A stretch of DNA of 64,000 nt, from NCBI RefSeq assembly GCF_009834535.1, contig NC_045696.1:44208001-44272000 (forward strand), given 5' to 3'. Under the pieces are notes generated by a model. It worked only from the letters and a program-made list of their open reading frames with translations. It was not told the origin of the DNA and did not search any database. The DNA is from Camelus ferus. Taxonomy: Eukaryota. How positions within the stretch are numbered: the stretch's first letter is position 1; every line of letters begins with the position of its first letter. The position numbers and the translations under genes were made by a program. This document shows positions 26,741 to 39,944 of the stretch, in pieces.

Positions 26741-27779
26741 AAACTCCTGCACCAACTGGGCTGTGTTGATGATTCTAACCTTTCCTAACTAATATTTTTC
26801 CCTAAGTATACTATAGATTTTCTCTTAAATGTTATAAATTCTTTGTTATTTATTCCACCTCATTCTAAAAGCTAGTTGAGTGTTGAATTTTTAATGGGTA
26901 ACAAACAATTGTATTCTGCTAACTTTGTCATTTGTAGCCAATAACTAAAAAGAGATGTTTAATTTATATTTTTTGAAGTTCATACATTATTGTGTAATCC
27001 TGAAGAATAAGGACTATGAGTTATAGCGTTTTAATCTCTTGCACAGTGGCAAGGCCAATGTTTTGTGCATAGTAAACATTAAGAAAATAATGTGACTCAG
27101 GTAACAGTAACTAATTTTACTGAAATTCAGAAATTTAAAGAAAAGAACTTGAAAGTACATTTTGTAATGCCAGTCAAATCACTTAAAATTATATTTTTTA
27201 TGAACAATTTTTATTTGAATTGAATATGTCAAAGAAACCTGTACATGGTTACCACAAAGAAACCATTTGTACTATTGTTAATGTCACAGTAAAACATTTA
27301 CCACATAAATTCAATTATGAAAGTATTATCTTTGTACAGAAAAAGGAATCCATGTTTACTATAAAAATTTGTATAAACAAAAGTATAAACAAATAAAGGA
27401 GAATTTATCCATAAAACAGCTATTTTTTAATTTTTTAAATTTTTTACCTAAACAGCTATTTAAATTTAAACATCTTCAAAATATTGGCATATTCATTTAA
27501 ATAAATAGTCTAGAAGTCTGGACTATTTATTTTTTATACTTCTGTGGATATTCTAAAATTTTACTTCATTCTTCTGAAGAAATATGCCTGCAAAATTTTG
27601 TTTTCCAGAATTCTCTGAGATTTTTAAAATATTTTTAGTCTTTTGTCATCGTGTACCAATTATTCTTGGGTTTATAAAGGGTATGTATGCTCTGGTGAGA
27701 GCAGCAAAGCTAAATAGAAATATGCTAATTATTCATTTATGTTATGTTATTTGAACTACTTAAAAAAGAAAAGATAAAA

Positions 27780-28330
27780 AACCCTATTCTATTCATAATA
27801 GTAACCAAAACATAGACTATTTATATCTACACCTAATAAGAATGAATATAGCTAAATGTAACTTATAATCTATAGTAAATATAACATTTATTGTGTGTTT
27901 GTGGTATATACCTGTCCAATATAGTTAATATATAACTTATGGTAGGTATAATATATATAATATCTATTACGATATAACCAAATTTTACTAAAAGTGAAAT
28001 TTTGAATAAATGAGAAGACTAAAAATACCAAGTGTCATTTGTCTTCAAACTAATTGATATTATTTACATAATCTCAGTGTTTCATTTGTTTGTTTTGTCT
28101 TAATTTGACAGAATCATTCCAAAATACCTCTGGGGATATAAGAAGGTTAATAATTGCAAAGAAAATTCTGAAATGAAGAAGAGTAATTGAGAACTGGAAG
28201 TAAAACTTATTATACAGGTATAACAGTTAAACTACATTATTCCAAAAAGAATAGAAAATATGTCAAAAGATGATCATGTAATATCAAGAAACAGATTCCA
28301 GTCTGTAAAAGAATTTATTCTGTGAATAAA
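27780..28330 (+). mobile_element. Old L1M ORF2 fragment
   Basis: 'aatttgacagaatcattccaaaat...aaacttattatacaggtataacagttaaa...agaaacagattcca'. Confidence 0.55.
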
Positions 28331-29799
28331 AGATGACCTTAAAAATCAGTATTTTATTTTCAAGCCACCTTTTCTGAAATATATACAGAAATAATTTTAT
28401 GTTCCCTTTTTTATATTTTTCAACTTCTAGCTATGTTCCTTTTCTTTTACCTTTTTTCTCCCAGAAATTAATTACATTTTCTCTATTCCTACTATATAAT
28501 CATTATTGTAATGGCTTCATTGTAAAACAAATGAATATTTTCAGTTATTTTAACATCCATTTTGTCCTTTATTTTGATGTTTGAATTTCTGATCCTGGTA
28601 AGGCTAAGAGCATTTCAGTAAAATCTCAAATACCTGTTTATGTATCTCGGTGCCATGCTGTTCAGCACAAAATTTTTTATAAATTCAGGTCTTTGTTTTG
28701 AACCATGTTTGCAACAACGCAAATCCGAGTCCCGTGCAGGTTGTTTTTGGTTTTGCTTGTTTGATTATTTTTATTTGAATACGAAGTTTAAGTGACTTTG
28801 TCTGATACACGGTCACAGGCATTTAGGGAAATATGAAACAAGAGTCCAGACGTTGAGTAAATTTTGTCAGTTTTGTACAAAAGCGGGAGATACGCACTCT
28901 ATCCACCTGTGGACACAGCCAGCCCCTCTCGGTCTCTGGCACAGAGGGGCAGCCTGGCTGAGGGCAGGGTAGCTTGTCGTGTTTCTCCTACTCAGACTAC
29001 AACTTAAATAATTTATCCAAGATCTCTGAAGGTCATTTTATTTTAGATCTTCTTTGCACATTTTTGCTTAGAGTTGAAGCATGCTTTTGGTATGGGAGAA
29101 AATATATTTTTGAATGTTGACTAAGTAGCGACTTTAGCTATGAGATTTTTATTCTCCAGTTGAGTTGATTCTCTTTGGGGTTTAAGTAGAAATTCTGATG
29201 TGTCCATGGAGTTCATTTCGTTCTGTCCCACAGAAGGAACGAATTATATCCGTCGTTATAATGGAGATGTTTGAGCATGTGTTTGTTACAGTGTTCTGAT
29301 TTCTGCTCTGTATAGGTCCCTGTCATTTCTTTTGCTGATTATGGTAAACATGTTGCATTAAGTGATAAATTGGGAAAGTCTATATCAGAATTTGATACCC
29401 AGATGATATTTTGAAATGAAATATAATAATTATATTTATTATAATTAATATTAATTTAATTGATAACTAATTAATATTATTTTGCTCTAATTACCAAAAT
29501 TAAAATGAAATTGATTGCCTTTACCATTATATATGAAATATAATTAGTTATAGTTATATATTTCAGTATAAGAAAATGTTGTAATTTACTTTCTTCCATC
29601 TTTTTCATACTGCTATAATAATAAAGAATTTAATTTAGAAAATTAAACCAAATGCTTATCATTATTATAATTTCAAATTTATACATCTGCCTCAATATTT
29701 TTGATTTGTGTTGTTACCTCTGTGTTTAATTAGTTTCATGGCTCATCACGAGTCCTCCTAGTTTCTTCCCCAATCTTGAGAGAGACATACACTATGAGT

Positions 29800-30020
29800 A
29801 AGGATGTCTGTCAGACAGATACAGATTGACATTGTATGTTCTCTAATTACTAGTTGTGTGACCTTCGGTCTCTGAGATTAAATTCCTTTATGTATAAAAT
29901 GAGATTAAAAACAACTGCCTCTTAGGGATGTTTTTATATTATATAAACTAATGTATCTGAAACATTCATCATATGCCTGGCACATCATAAATAACACTTA
30001 ACAAATGGCAGCTATTATAA
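29800..30020 (+). mobile_element. MIR
   Basis: 'ttactagttgtgtgacctt...tgtataaaatgag...tgcctggcacat...aaatggcagctatt'. Confidence 0.8.
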
Positions 30021-30159
30021 TTACTCTCTATTTATATTCATCTTTCTGTGATTGGATTAAGCACTTTGTCCTGTGGTTTTTGCAGTAGTTTCTAAGACAA
30101 AGAATGTCCAAAAATGTTTTCACTGTCCCCTTTGCTGATGAGTGATAACTTCTTGATAA

Positions 30160-30615
30160 AGTTACTGATTTTCTATTGCTGCATCGTAAATTGTCACAGA
30201 TTTAAGGGTTTCGAACAATTCACATTTATTGACTTACATTTCTGTAGGTTAGAAGTCTGATGCAGGTCTCAGGAGGCTAACATCGAAGTGTTTACCACGT
30301 TTGTTTCTGGAGTCTGTAAGAAAGAATACTTTTTTTGCATTCTCCCATTTCTAGAGGTTGCTGCATTCCATGTTTTGGAGCCCTTTTCCCCATCATTAAT
30401 GTTAGCCGTGGCCCTCCTTCTGTTTAACATCTCTGACCATAGCCTAGAAAAGTTCTCTGCTGTTGAAAACCCATGTGATTATACTGGGCCACAATAATCT
30501 CTCCATCTTAAATCCATAATCTTAATCACATCTGTAAAGTTCTTTTTTTCATGTAAAGTAACATATTCATAGACTACAGGGTTTAAAATATAGACGTCTT
30601 GGGCCACTATTTTTT
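30160..30615 (-). mobile_element. MaLR LTR (MLT1C/D-like)
   Basis: 'ttttctattgctgc...ctgtaggttagaagtctga', 'cttaatcacatctgtaaagt...taacatattcataga'. Confidence 0.85.
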
Positions 30616-32832
30616 GTTTGTTTGTTTCCAAAAATAATTACTTGTAATTTATTTACTTACAATATCTTCTCTTCATAATTCCACAACAGTATCTTTCATT
30701 TCATACCTATTTGCATAGAGGAGATGACTGAATCTAGTCAGATTTGGGGGTATTTGCAGTTAAGTTGTTGTTGATGATAATAAAGGTGATTCCGTGAGTT
30801 TGTGTGTAAATGACTGGTTCTCCTAGACATTTAGAACATTTCTTAAAATGATTGCATATGCTTTATTTGCATTCTTTCATTTCTGATTCTTAGTACATAA
30901 ATCGAATTCCCTGCATCTGTGAAACTGCCCCCTCCTTTCCGTAAATATTTTTATTTTTGCATCCTTTTCCTATAATCCCCATTAACTTGAATAATTAACC
31001 TTTGTTTTTCTCCATCACTAACATAATATTTTTGGGAAAACACAGCTGGTGAAGGGAATGCATATGTTCTAGAAATTTACTCAGAGCTCTTTGAGCAAAA
31101 ATGTCAGACGAAACCTGGAGCGTAGTTTGAAGGCTCAGGCTTTGAGTGAAGGCGTTCTCTCAGCTCCACAAAGTCCACATTACATGGGAGGGGCTGACCA
31201 GAGGTAGGACAGTGTGGGCCCCCCTACAATGTGATACCTACCATAAAGGAACACTGCTTCCCAGGTCTGAGCGAGGAGGTGGGGTTTTCATGCGATGAGA
31301 GTATAAATGATGTTTGGAGCCAGTAGAATACAGAGATAACTGAATACTTGACACAACTGGTTGGTTTTCCCTTTCACCGGATACTCTGTCTTCAGTATGA
31401 GGAACAAATCAACTGTCTGTCGTCATGGGAATAGGTTTGCTTATGTTGAATAACTGATGTCCTCAATCTGATTGTTCCCTTAGACTGCCTGCTACTCCCA
31501 AGTTTCTTAAGGTACATAATTTATATCCCTAGGTTCATGAAATATAGAAGACTACTCCACCTGATCAATGGGGAGCAGGATAAATGGGGACGCAAGACAC
31601 TGATCAATTGCATCCTCTTTACCAGCTGACTAGGTAGCTGTCGAACAGTGATAATGTTCTGTTTAAGCCAGATATTCATGCCCACTTGGTCTGCCCTGAA
31701 GTTTATGCACAATCATCTGTCTGATGTTATTCCTTCTCTGTAAGTTTCATCTGGGAGCATGCATATTTATGGGTTGCTCATGGCAAAGTACCTCTGAATA
31801 GTATTCAGTTCTAAGTATTGAAAAGTAATCAGAGTCTAAGACATGATTCAAATCCCACCAGTTTGGTAAGGCATGAAGTTTTGACCAGCTGAGCTCATTT
31901 AATGGGCCATGCTCCTCTAAAAATACCAAAAATTGTGTTTAGTTCCTGCTGCCACAGGCATAAATCCACATACACTATATCCGCTTACCAGCCTTTCCCC
32001 TGATGGAGTTATTTATTTCAAATATTTTTTCTTATGCCTGGTGGGCAGACTATTAAATATTCCACTTTGGGCAACATATAACCCTAATGTGCCTCTCCCA
32101 GGCAGTAAATGAAAAGTAGAGAGGGGCATTGGTATACTTAGAACACTCAAAAGTTCGATGGCACAACAGGCCCTAGGTTGCTCATCTTTGTTTAGCAATT
32201 ATTTTGGCCAATAATGAAGACTAACAGCTCTGGGGGGATTAATTACCCAGGGGTAAATCCCATTTGCAACAAGACTATGTTGTTGACTTGATCAATCGCA
32301 GCAATGCCAAAATAAAATTGCTTACTATCATGTTGGTCTAAGGGAACTCTAGAAGTTATAGCTGACTTCTGACTTCAAAATTTAGTGATTCACATAATAC
32401 CTGAAGTCAGAAGTGAAAACCTCAGAAGAAAAATTATTTTTAAAGAGTGTATCAAATTGTGTTTTCAATGACATCATATTTTCAACATGTAGTGGATCAG
32501 TTTATTTGCTATCTACAATGTGCCAAATCAATTTCTGAAACACAAACACACTTATTCTTAATAAGGCAGCTGGCTTTGTATCAGCACCCGCCTTACTGTC
32601 AGCCACAGTAATCAATACTATGTAGTACTTTTAGTGCAGAGCAGAGAAAATTCCTTGCTGAGAAGGACCTTTCCCACCTGGTGCCAGTGTGACTGCAAGT
32701 CTACCACTCTAGGCTAATCTTGTAGCATAGAGCAGTGCCCTCTCTTGTCATACTCCTTCAAATGAAACAGTCCCTCACTGGCAAACACTCGGGGTCATTG
32801 ACACTTTAGTGTCACATATTTCTCTCTTCTAG

Positions 32833-32905
32833 TCCCATGTTGGTGGCAGGGAACCCAGCATCATCAGAATCCTGAGCAAGGACGATCGGGAAAGGAAAGT
32901 GAGAG
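32833..32905 (+). other. Candidate 73-nt exon
   Basis: Acceptor 'tatttctctcttctag', donor 'gag|gtaagt'; two of three frames open. Confidence 0.25.
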
Positions 32906-34485
32906 GTAAGTGTCAGAGAGCAGGCTGGGAGCATTCTAAGGAGACTGAATAATCCTGTGAATACATGTAAACGCAGATCCTCCACAGCCATGAATGGCGC
33001 TGTGCTCCCCTAATCTCTCTTGTCGAAGTGTGGGTCACAACACTACCGAGAATTTCCAATAACCCCATTGATAGTAAGCTGTAACACTTACCAAAATTTT
33101 ACTTACTGCTCTCACTTTATAGAATGAAGTTGAAACATAGAGACTAACTTCATAATTCTGATGGTCAGATACGCCGTATTCTCAAGAGTCTGGGAGCACA
33201 GCTCATCTTTCTGAATCTTGAAATCTTGAGTGTGTTCATATTCTGAAAGTTATAAACACTTAATAATCTTCTTTTTCTATATGAATGCCACTAACCGTAC
33301 AGTAAATGGGTAGAAGAATCTTGGGTGACAGGATTTAGCTGCCGTGTCATGCCAGGACAGTACGTGTTAGGAAGCAGTATCAAGACAATGTCCTGTATCT
33401 TATATCTCTCTGTGCAGCAAAACCGAATGGAAAAATTAAAGATAGTTACATCTGATATGAACACAAAAATGCACTCAGAAGTGAGGCAAATGTTACAGAG
33501 GTCAGTAAAGGAGACAAAAATAACTCTGGAATGATGAGTACTGTTTGCTATTCTTGATAGTGTAGTTTAATAATGGATTTCTAAAATGAAAAACATACTT
33601 CTCTAAAGTTACTATAATTTTCATCCACCCAGAGCACAGATCTTTGGGTGTGTGGAGACCAATGAAGCGAGGCTTCTGTAGCATCTACAATACACCGATC
33701 CTTGGAAGTTTCCAATTTCCAGTCTGGTCTCAATTCTTTAAAAAATGAGTAAGTAAAACAAACAACTAAATAAATATTTAAATAAAGTTTCCCTGCATTG
33801 GTTCTATTTGGATTCTGTTTATTAAACTTTTGAAATCATTGGCTTTCTTCTTTCTTCTCTTAGCTTCTGATGACATTTCTCAGGGCTTTCCAATGAGAGG
33901 AAATATCAGCTTTTAAAGAATGAAACATTCAGTGGGATGTTTACAATGCCCTAGGGCTTTCCCTTTCCTTCAGTGTTTGACTGAAGGGGGAAGAAATGAG
34001 TGAAATCCTTCATTCTGGATTCAGGGATCCCAGCTCTGTCTGCTGCTCTCTTGCTGTTGAGGACAAGCCCTTATTGCTCAGTTAGCCAAAAGTAATGCAC
34101 TAATGTCTCCTTTGTTATAAGTTCATTCCTTCCAACATCTAATTCCTAAGTTAATGGCCAAAATAAAGCCTGTATGTATGGAATCCTTCTTATTTCTTGC
34201 TACTTCCCCTTACCTGCATGTTTGCTGCTCCCATAGCTTGATATAAAAAGACAGATGCCACATAAATGGCTTCTATTATCATGAACTCCTCCAACATGAA
34301 GCCACCACTGATTAAAGTCATATCCCAGGTCAGAGACTTTAATATCAGCCTCCATAGTACAGCTGGGCACGTGAACTTTGGGGTCAGATACTATACCTAA
34401 ATCAGGTTACCCCAATTGTTTTTCATCTTAGTAAACTACTTTTTTCTGTCCTTATTTTACCATCTCTCTCAGCCCTACTGAATTT

Positions 34486-34678
34486 ATTATTTTTTTATTG
34501 ACGTATAGTCAGTTTATAGTGTTGTATCCATTTCTGGTGTACAGCATAATGTATCAGTCATGTATATACATACGTATATTTATTCCTTTTTATATTCTTT
34601 TTCATTATAGATTACTAAAAGATAATGAATATAGTTCCCTGTGCCATACGATATAAACTTGTTGTTTATTTTATATAT
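34486..34678 (-). mobile_element. L1 3' end (lineage-specific type)
   Basis: 'ttttattgacgtatagtcagtttatagtgttgt...tggtgtacagcata...gaatatagttccctgtgc' matches the copy at 24702-25069 in antisense. Confidence 0.9.
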
Positions 34679-34837
34679 GCATTTTCCTAATAGGACATTG
34701 TCAAGTTTGTTGCAAGTATGACATTTCTAGCATTAATAAAGTATAAACTATGATATGCTAGGCTCTATATTTCCAAATGGAAAGATACAGAAAGTAAGTT
34801 TATGTAATGCATAAAATAATTATTAGATGTGAAGAAG

Positions 34838-34925
34838 AGGAGAGAGAGAGAGAGAGAGATAAAGCAAGAAAGAAAGAAAGAAAAAGGAAGGAAGAGAGGG
34901 AGGGAGGAAGGAAGGGAGGGAAGTT
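34838..34925. repeat. Compound purine microsatellite (GA/GAAA/GGAA)
   Basis: Directly visible. Confidence 0.9.
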
Positions 34926-35309
34926 GGGAGGAAGAGACCACTATGCCATAGAGAGTTGGCTCCAGAGAATTATGAAAAACTGAAGCAAATGTATTTCTAA
35001 TAAAATTTAATCCAACTCTTACACCTTGGCTAAATAAATAAACAAATAAAAAACAAACTTGAGGATTTGGGGGTTTGATAGAAAACATTCTAAAAAATAG
35101 TTTGTTGCTTCTTTTTGGAAGGATTGATGGACTTAATCCAACATTTTTCCCTCATGTTTGACCTTGGACTCTCAGTAATGACACCTTTCACTACATTCCA
35201 TAACTGACCATATTGAAGTTTGACAAAGAGAAAAGAAAGATTGGAAAAAAATAGCAGGTAATGGAAAATATCAGGAGGTCTATAAAGTGAGAAAGACATA
35301 GAACTTAGA

Positions 35310-35430
35310 ACCACTGTGCAGGTATTTAAATCTCAGGTGCCCTAGTTACTGGTTGTATAATCATTAATTAGAAAGACATTTGCTTTGATGAGTCTTAATG
35401 TCTATCTGTAAAATTAGTATAATAATAAGG
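35310..35430 (+). mobile_element. MIR fragment
   Basis: 'tttaaatctcaggtgccctagttactggttgt...tatctgtaaaattagtataataat'. Confidence 0.55.
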
Positions 35431-35437
35431 CACATAT

Positions 35438-35850
35438 CCATTCTTCCATAAATATTTTTGAATGTTTACCCTGTGTTAGGCTCAGTGTGTAGTCCCTGGG
35501 ATACAATGATAGGCACAAATGGTCAATTTCTCAGTACTCAAGGAATTTACAATGGAGTAAGGGAGTAAACAGTCACAATATTCTAATATTATAATGGAGA
35601 GGTACATTGTGCTACAAATTTAAAGTAGGGTAATCACTTAAGAAAATCAGGGCAGAGCTAGATCGAGGTGACATTTGAAACAGAATAGGAATTAACTATT
35701 CATATTTATATGGTTTGAGATATCATGCACTCCTAACAGAGGGAACATTGATTTAAAGACTGGAAAGGGCATATGTTTTCAAGAAATGGAAAATTATGAG
35801 CATGTTAAAAAAGGATGGAAGAGGAGAATGAGAGCTGGATTATCAATGGC
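35438..35850 (-). mobile_element. L2 3' fragment
   Basis: 'aaatatttttgaatgtttaccctgtgttaggc...ctgggatacaatg...ctcaaggaatttaca...gaggtgacatttga'. Confidence 0.75.
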
Positions 35851-36253
35851 CATTCACTGTGTATGTGCATCATTGCTATGATGCCTGAGATAATGTTTGT
35901 CTAAGTGTTGAAAACATACAGTTCTATATAAACGTTTGGTGTTTTTACAGTGTTGACCCAGGATGTTTAGCTTCACTCCAGCAACAATAAGACTGCAATA
36001 TAAGAACACAGAAATTAATTTGGAATTGATTACCTTTTGAGCCTGTAGATTGGGATACTGTTCACTGTGATATGTCTTTGGTAAACTCAAACCAAATTTC
36101 ATGGTCACATGAAAAAGTAGACTTTGCCCATTGAAGAATTACATAAATGATGCTCTGACCTGAGTTGGTACATTATGTTTGATAGGCATGAGAAGGGAAA
36201 AAATAAACTCTGAAAAGTATATGCAACAATAACAATGACTATATGACTAATAT

Positions 36254-36541
36254 CAGACTTGCAGACATAGTAAACAATCTTATGGTTACCGGGGGAAAAG
36301 GGGTGGGAAGGGATACATTTGGGAGTTTGAGATTTGCAAATGTTAGCCATTATATGTATAAATAGATTTTAAAAAAGAAGTTTCTTCTATATAGCTCAGG
36401 GAACTCTATTCAATATCTTATAATAACCTTTAATGAAAAATAATATGAAAATAAATGTATGTCTATATATGCATGACTGGGGCACTATGCTGCATACCAG
36501 AAATTGACACACTGTAACTGACTATACTCCAACAAAAAAAA
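36254..36541 (+). mobile_element. L1 3' end (lineage-specific type)
   Basis: 'cagacatagtaaacaatcttatggttaccgggggaaaag...gaaattgacacactgtaactgactatactcc' followed by an A-tail. Confidence 0.9.
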
Positions 36542-36559
36542 TTTAAAATTTAAATATCC

Positions 36560-37565
36560 TTAATTTACAAAGATACTTACAAGTCATTTTTTTCAAAGGC
36601 AGAGTTTCTTATAAAAAAAATAAGAATATGTATAGGTTATTATCCTAGGAAGAAATCTGAGTGGCAGATAAGTATAGAAAAGATTTCCATCTCACCAATT
36701 TTCATAGATAAGAAAATTAAAAGAACATATAAAAATTAATTTATAACATATTTATTATAAAATATAATTATATACTTTATATATTAAATATATTGCATAT
36801 ATATTTTATATTTTAAAGTATATATCAAAGTTAGAGTATATTATGCTTTATGTATATAACATATAATAAGATATGATATATCAATAATAATAATAAATCT
36901 AGGTTCTATATCACTATATATAATTGTTATATTATTGTTAAATATATATTATTTTAATTTTTTTACCTATGAGAGTTGTTGAGATGGAAATCTTTTCCAT
37001 ACCTATTTGCTATTCAGATTTCTTTTGGGGGTAATAACTTGTACATGTTCTTATAAAGTACATATTAAATAATATATTATAATATATAAAGTATGTATAA
37101 TTAAATATAAAGTGATATATAAAATATATTACATTATAAATTAATAAATATGTATTGCTTAAATTAGCAAATTACATAAAGTTATGAAAACTGTAGAGAA
37201 AGAGAATAGGAAGAGGTGATGGGTATTTGAGGGGCTGATCACATACTCCTAGTTGAAGTAAAAATTGCAATAGTATTTCCTGAAGGCAGTTTTGCAATAT
37301 ATTAAAACAATACATGCCCTTTGTCCCAGAAATATCACTTTTAGGAATTTATATTAATGAAATTACAGAAAAGTAAGGAAAGATACATACAGACACAGCA
37401 CACACAAACACACATACATTCACGTTAAAATGTCTAATGTACATGTAGAGATATGCAAAATACCAAAACCTTGGAAATAAGCTAAATATCCCGCAATAAA
37501 AGATTAGCTAAATACATTACTGTACATTTGTACGTGAGAAAACATTCGCTCACCAAAGTCGATGA
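36560..37565 (+). mobile_element. Old L1ME fragment interrupted by AT-rich DNA and an inverted copy of part of itself
   Basis: L1 ORF2-end remnants before 36725 continue after ~37155 ('tacatgccctttgtcccagaaatatcacttttaggaatttat'). Confidence 0.65.
36620..37054. repeat. Inverted repeat with arms 36620-36722 and 36952-37054
   Basis: Ungapped hand alignment shows 18 mismatches over 103 nt. Confidence 0.92.
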
Positions 37566-39681
37566 TGGGAGTATTCTCTGTGCCGTATACCAGTGGATTC
37601 TTCGTGGGTGATATGGGACATCTCTTATGTAACTTTGTTAAATTCTCCACCCTGTCTCCTTGAAGATTCACAACACACGTTATCGCATCAATAGCTCCAA
37701 GTCTCACTTGTTTAATACTATTTAATACAGACTTTAATTGAAGATTTCTCATAGAACCTCTTTTTCTACATAGCATCCGCAGAACACAAATAAATGTCTG
37801 AGATGCACCTGTCTGTTGCCATCTGCCTTGCTTTCTCTTTTAACCAAAATAACGTTAAAAATAGAATCTTTAGTCTTTAAGAAGTTTTTAGGAAGAATAT
37901 AAGAAAACTGTATAGAGAAGTATATTTTGGCTGTGTATGATTCATGGGGATATGGGAACACAGTAAATATTTAAGTATTGGAACAGAATACATATGGGGA
38001 ATACTAGCTCTTTTCTTTATCCTAACACTAAACCAGAGAAAAACAGGTAATCTGTTAAGCCATGATAAAAACCAGTATTTTGAAGGTGTCCCTGAGAGTT
38101 AGATGAGACAGCCCAATAAGTGAACCACCAAGTGAACCCTGGCGTGGGACAGACTCTTAAATATGAGTTGCCTCCTCCTTTAACTGACCCTACACCGCAC
38201 AAGAATCTTGCACTCTCTATCTTTGACCCATGAGTAGTGCCTTTTTTGGCTTCTTCAAACAAGTCATTAAACATTCTTTTTGCTTTTTTAAGTTCCTCCC
38301 TTGTTTAAATAAACACTTCCAGGGTCACACTGTCTAATGGAAAGAAATCAGTCAACGCTTTATGGCCCATGGGTGAATGGTTGTTATTTCAAGGCACAGG
38401 AGACTAGAAGGTGGGCAACTCTGTACCAGCACAGTGACAATTTTCTTGTCCTATTTTTGGTTTAAAGGGGATGTTTATTTCTCGTGTATCCTCACAGTTT
38501 CAGAAAAGAGCAAAGTTTTGGTGGAAAGAGCCTTAAAAATTGTCAGATGAATAATAACATGAGTTGAAGATATTTTTCACATAAACATGGTTGGAGAATG
38601 ATTTAACTGGTTTAAATACCTTGTCTTATTAAAGACACCTGGACTACAAGATAGAAAGAATTTGGGTAACTTCAAGTGATGGAGAGATCCTAAGTAAAGG
38701 AGAATTTAAATTTTAAAATTTACATTTTAAATACCTTTTTAAAAAAAGTTCTTCTGTGAGGGCAAGAAGTCCCTTGAAGAGAAATGAATTTTCAGTTTAG
38801 TAGAAAAGACTTGGAGAAAGATATTCACAGGAAAATATTGACCATGGCCTTTAGAGATAAAGGAAAGCATATAGATGTTCTGATAACAGCTGATAAAGAA
38901 AAAACAGAGAGCCCAATATAATGTGGAAATACTTTTAAAAGAATGACCTATTGCTTGCGCACTCAGGTCTTGATTCTGTCTGATATCTTTCTGCCTGACA
39001 TGTGGCCAAACACCAAGAACAAATCATTTCAGCACCTAGTTCCAATCAAGTCTATGCTTGTTTTCCATTTTAAAAATCCCAGTCAACCCTCAAGCCTCAC
39101 AATTCCAGTCCAATGGGTTGGAGCTTCCAGTCTGGATGCCTGTCAATAAGATCACATATTCAGCACAGTGGGTTTTGTTTTGTCTTGTTTTTGTTTTTGT
39201 TTTTGGTTTTTGCCTCAGTGTCCTCTGTGTTCAAAATCCTTCAATGGCTCACCTTTGCCTACAGGATAAACACAAATTAGTTAATGATCCAAAACCCTTC
39301 TCAGTGGAGATATTATCTTCCTTTTATATGCTGTAAAGAAGAAAATTTCAACTAATTTTGAAGAGAAGAATGAGTGCAAGAAAATATAAAACCATTGGAA
39401 GGTTTCAAAGTGATTGCCTCAGTGCCTTGTGAGTAGTATATATTTGATAAAATGTTTGCTAATTAAATTTAATTGAGCATCCTTATTTCTTCCTGCATAA
39501 ATATTCTTCAGCTACATACATTTCAGGGTACTTTTCTTGCACATAGCCTTTGCTGTGAAACAGGCATACTCTGCACTGTTGTTCCTCAACCCCACCCACC
39601 ACTCCAGCTGTGAAACCATCTGTGGAAATTTTATCCGGAGGGGCCTCTGTATACTTTTCTTGGAAGCCTAGCCACTGATCC

Positions 39682-39684
<3 letters not shown>

Positions 39685-39716
<32 letters not shown>
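39685..39716 (+). repeat. Poly(A) run of about 30 nt
   Basis: Directly visible. Confidence 0.95.
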
Positions 39717-39720
<4 letters not shown>

Positions 39721-39944
39721 CTGAAAGGGATAAGAATAGGGGAGAACAGTGACAGTTGACTTAAGGGAGAAAGAAGATGAAACAAGAGTACTGCAGGCAG
39801 TGGCTGACTCTTTGTAGGATCTTTAAAATCATATCAAACGCATCTGTTACTGAGATAGATTAATTTCCTTCTAAAAAATCATTCATATAACTCTAAATAT
39901 AAGAAATTGTATATCCTCTTATTGGCCTAACTTTGATCAGAGTT

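Noticed and set aside
31564..31629. Peptide DKWGRKTLINCILF resembling the MFS sugar-transporter motif
   Set aside because: A stop follows within a few codons, there are no splice sites or transmembrane context, and a short motif match is likely chance
39480..39716. Possible processed pseudogene ending in the long poly(A)
   Set aside because: No upstream AATAAA, no TSD and no recognisable coding sequence
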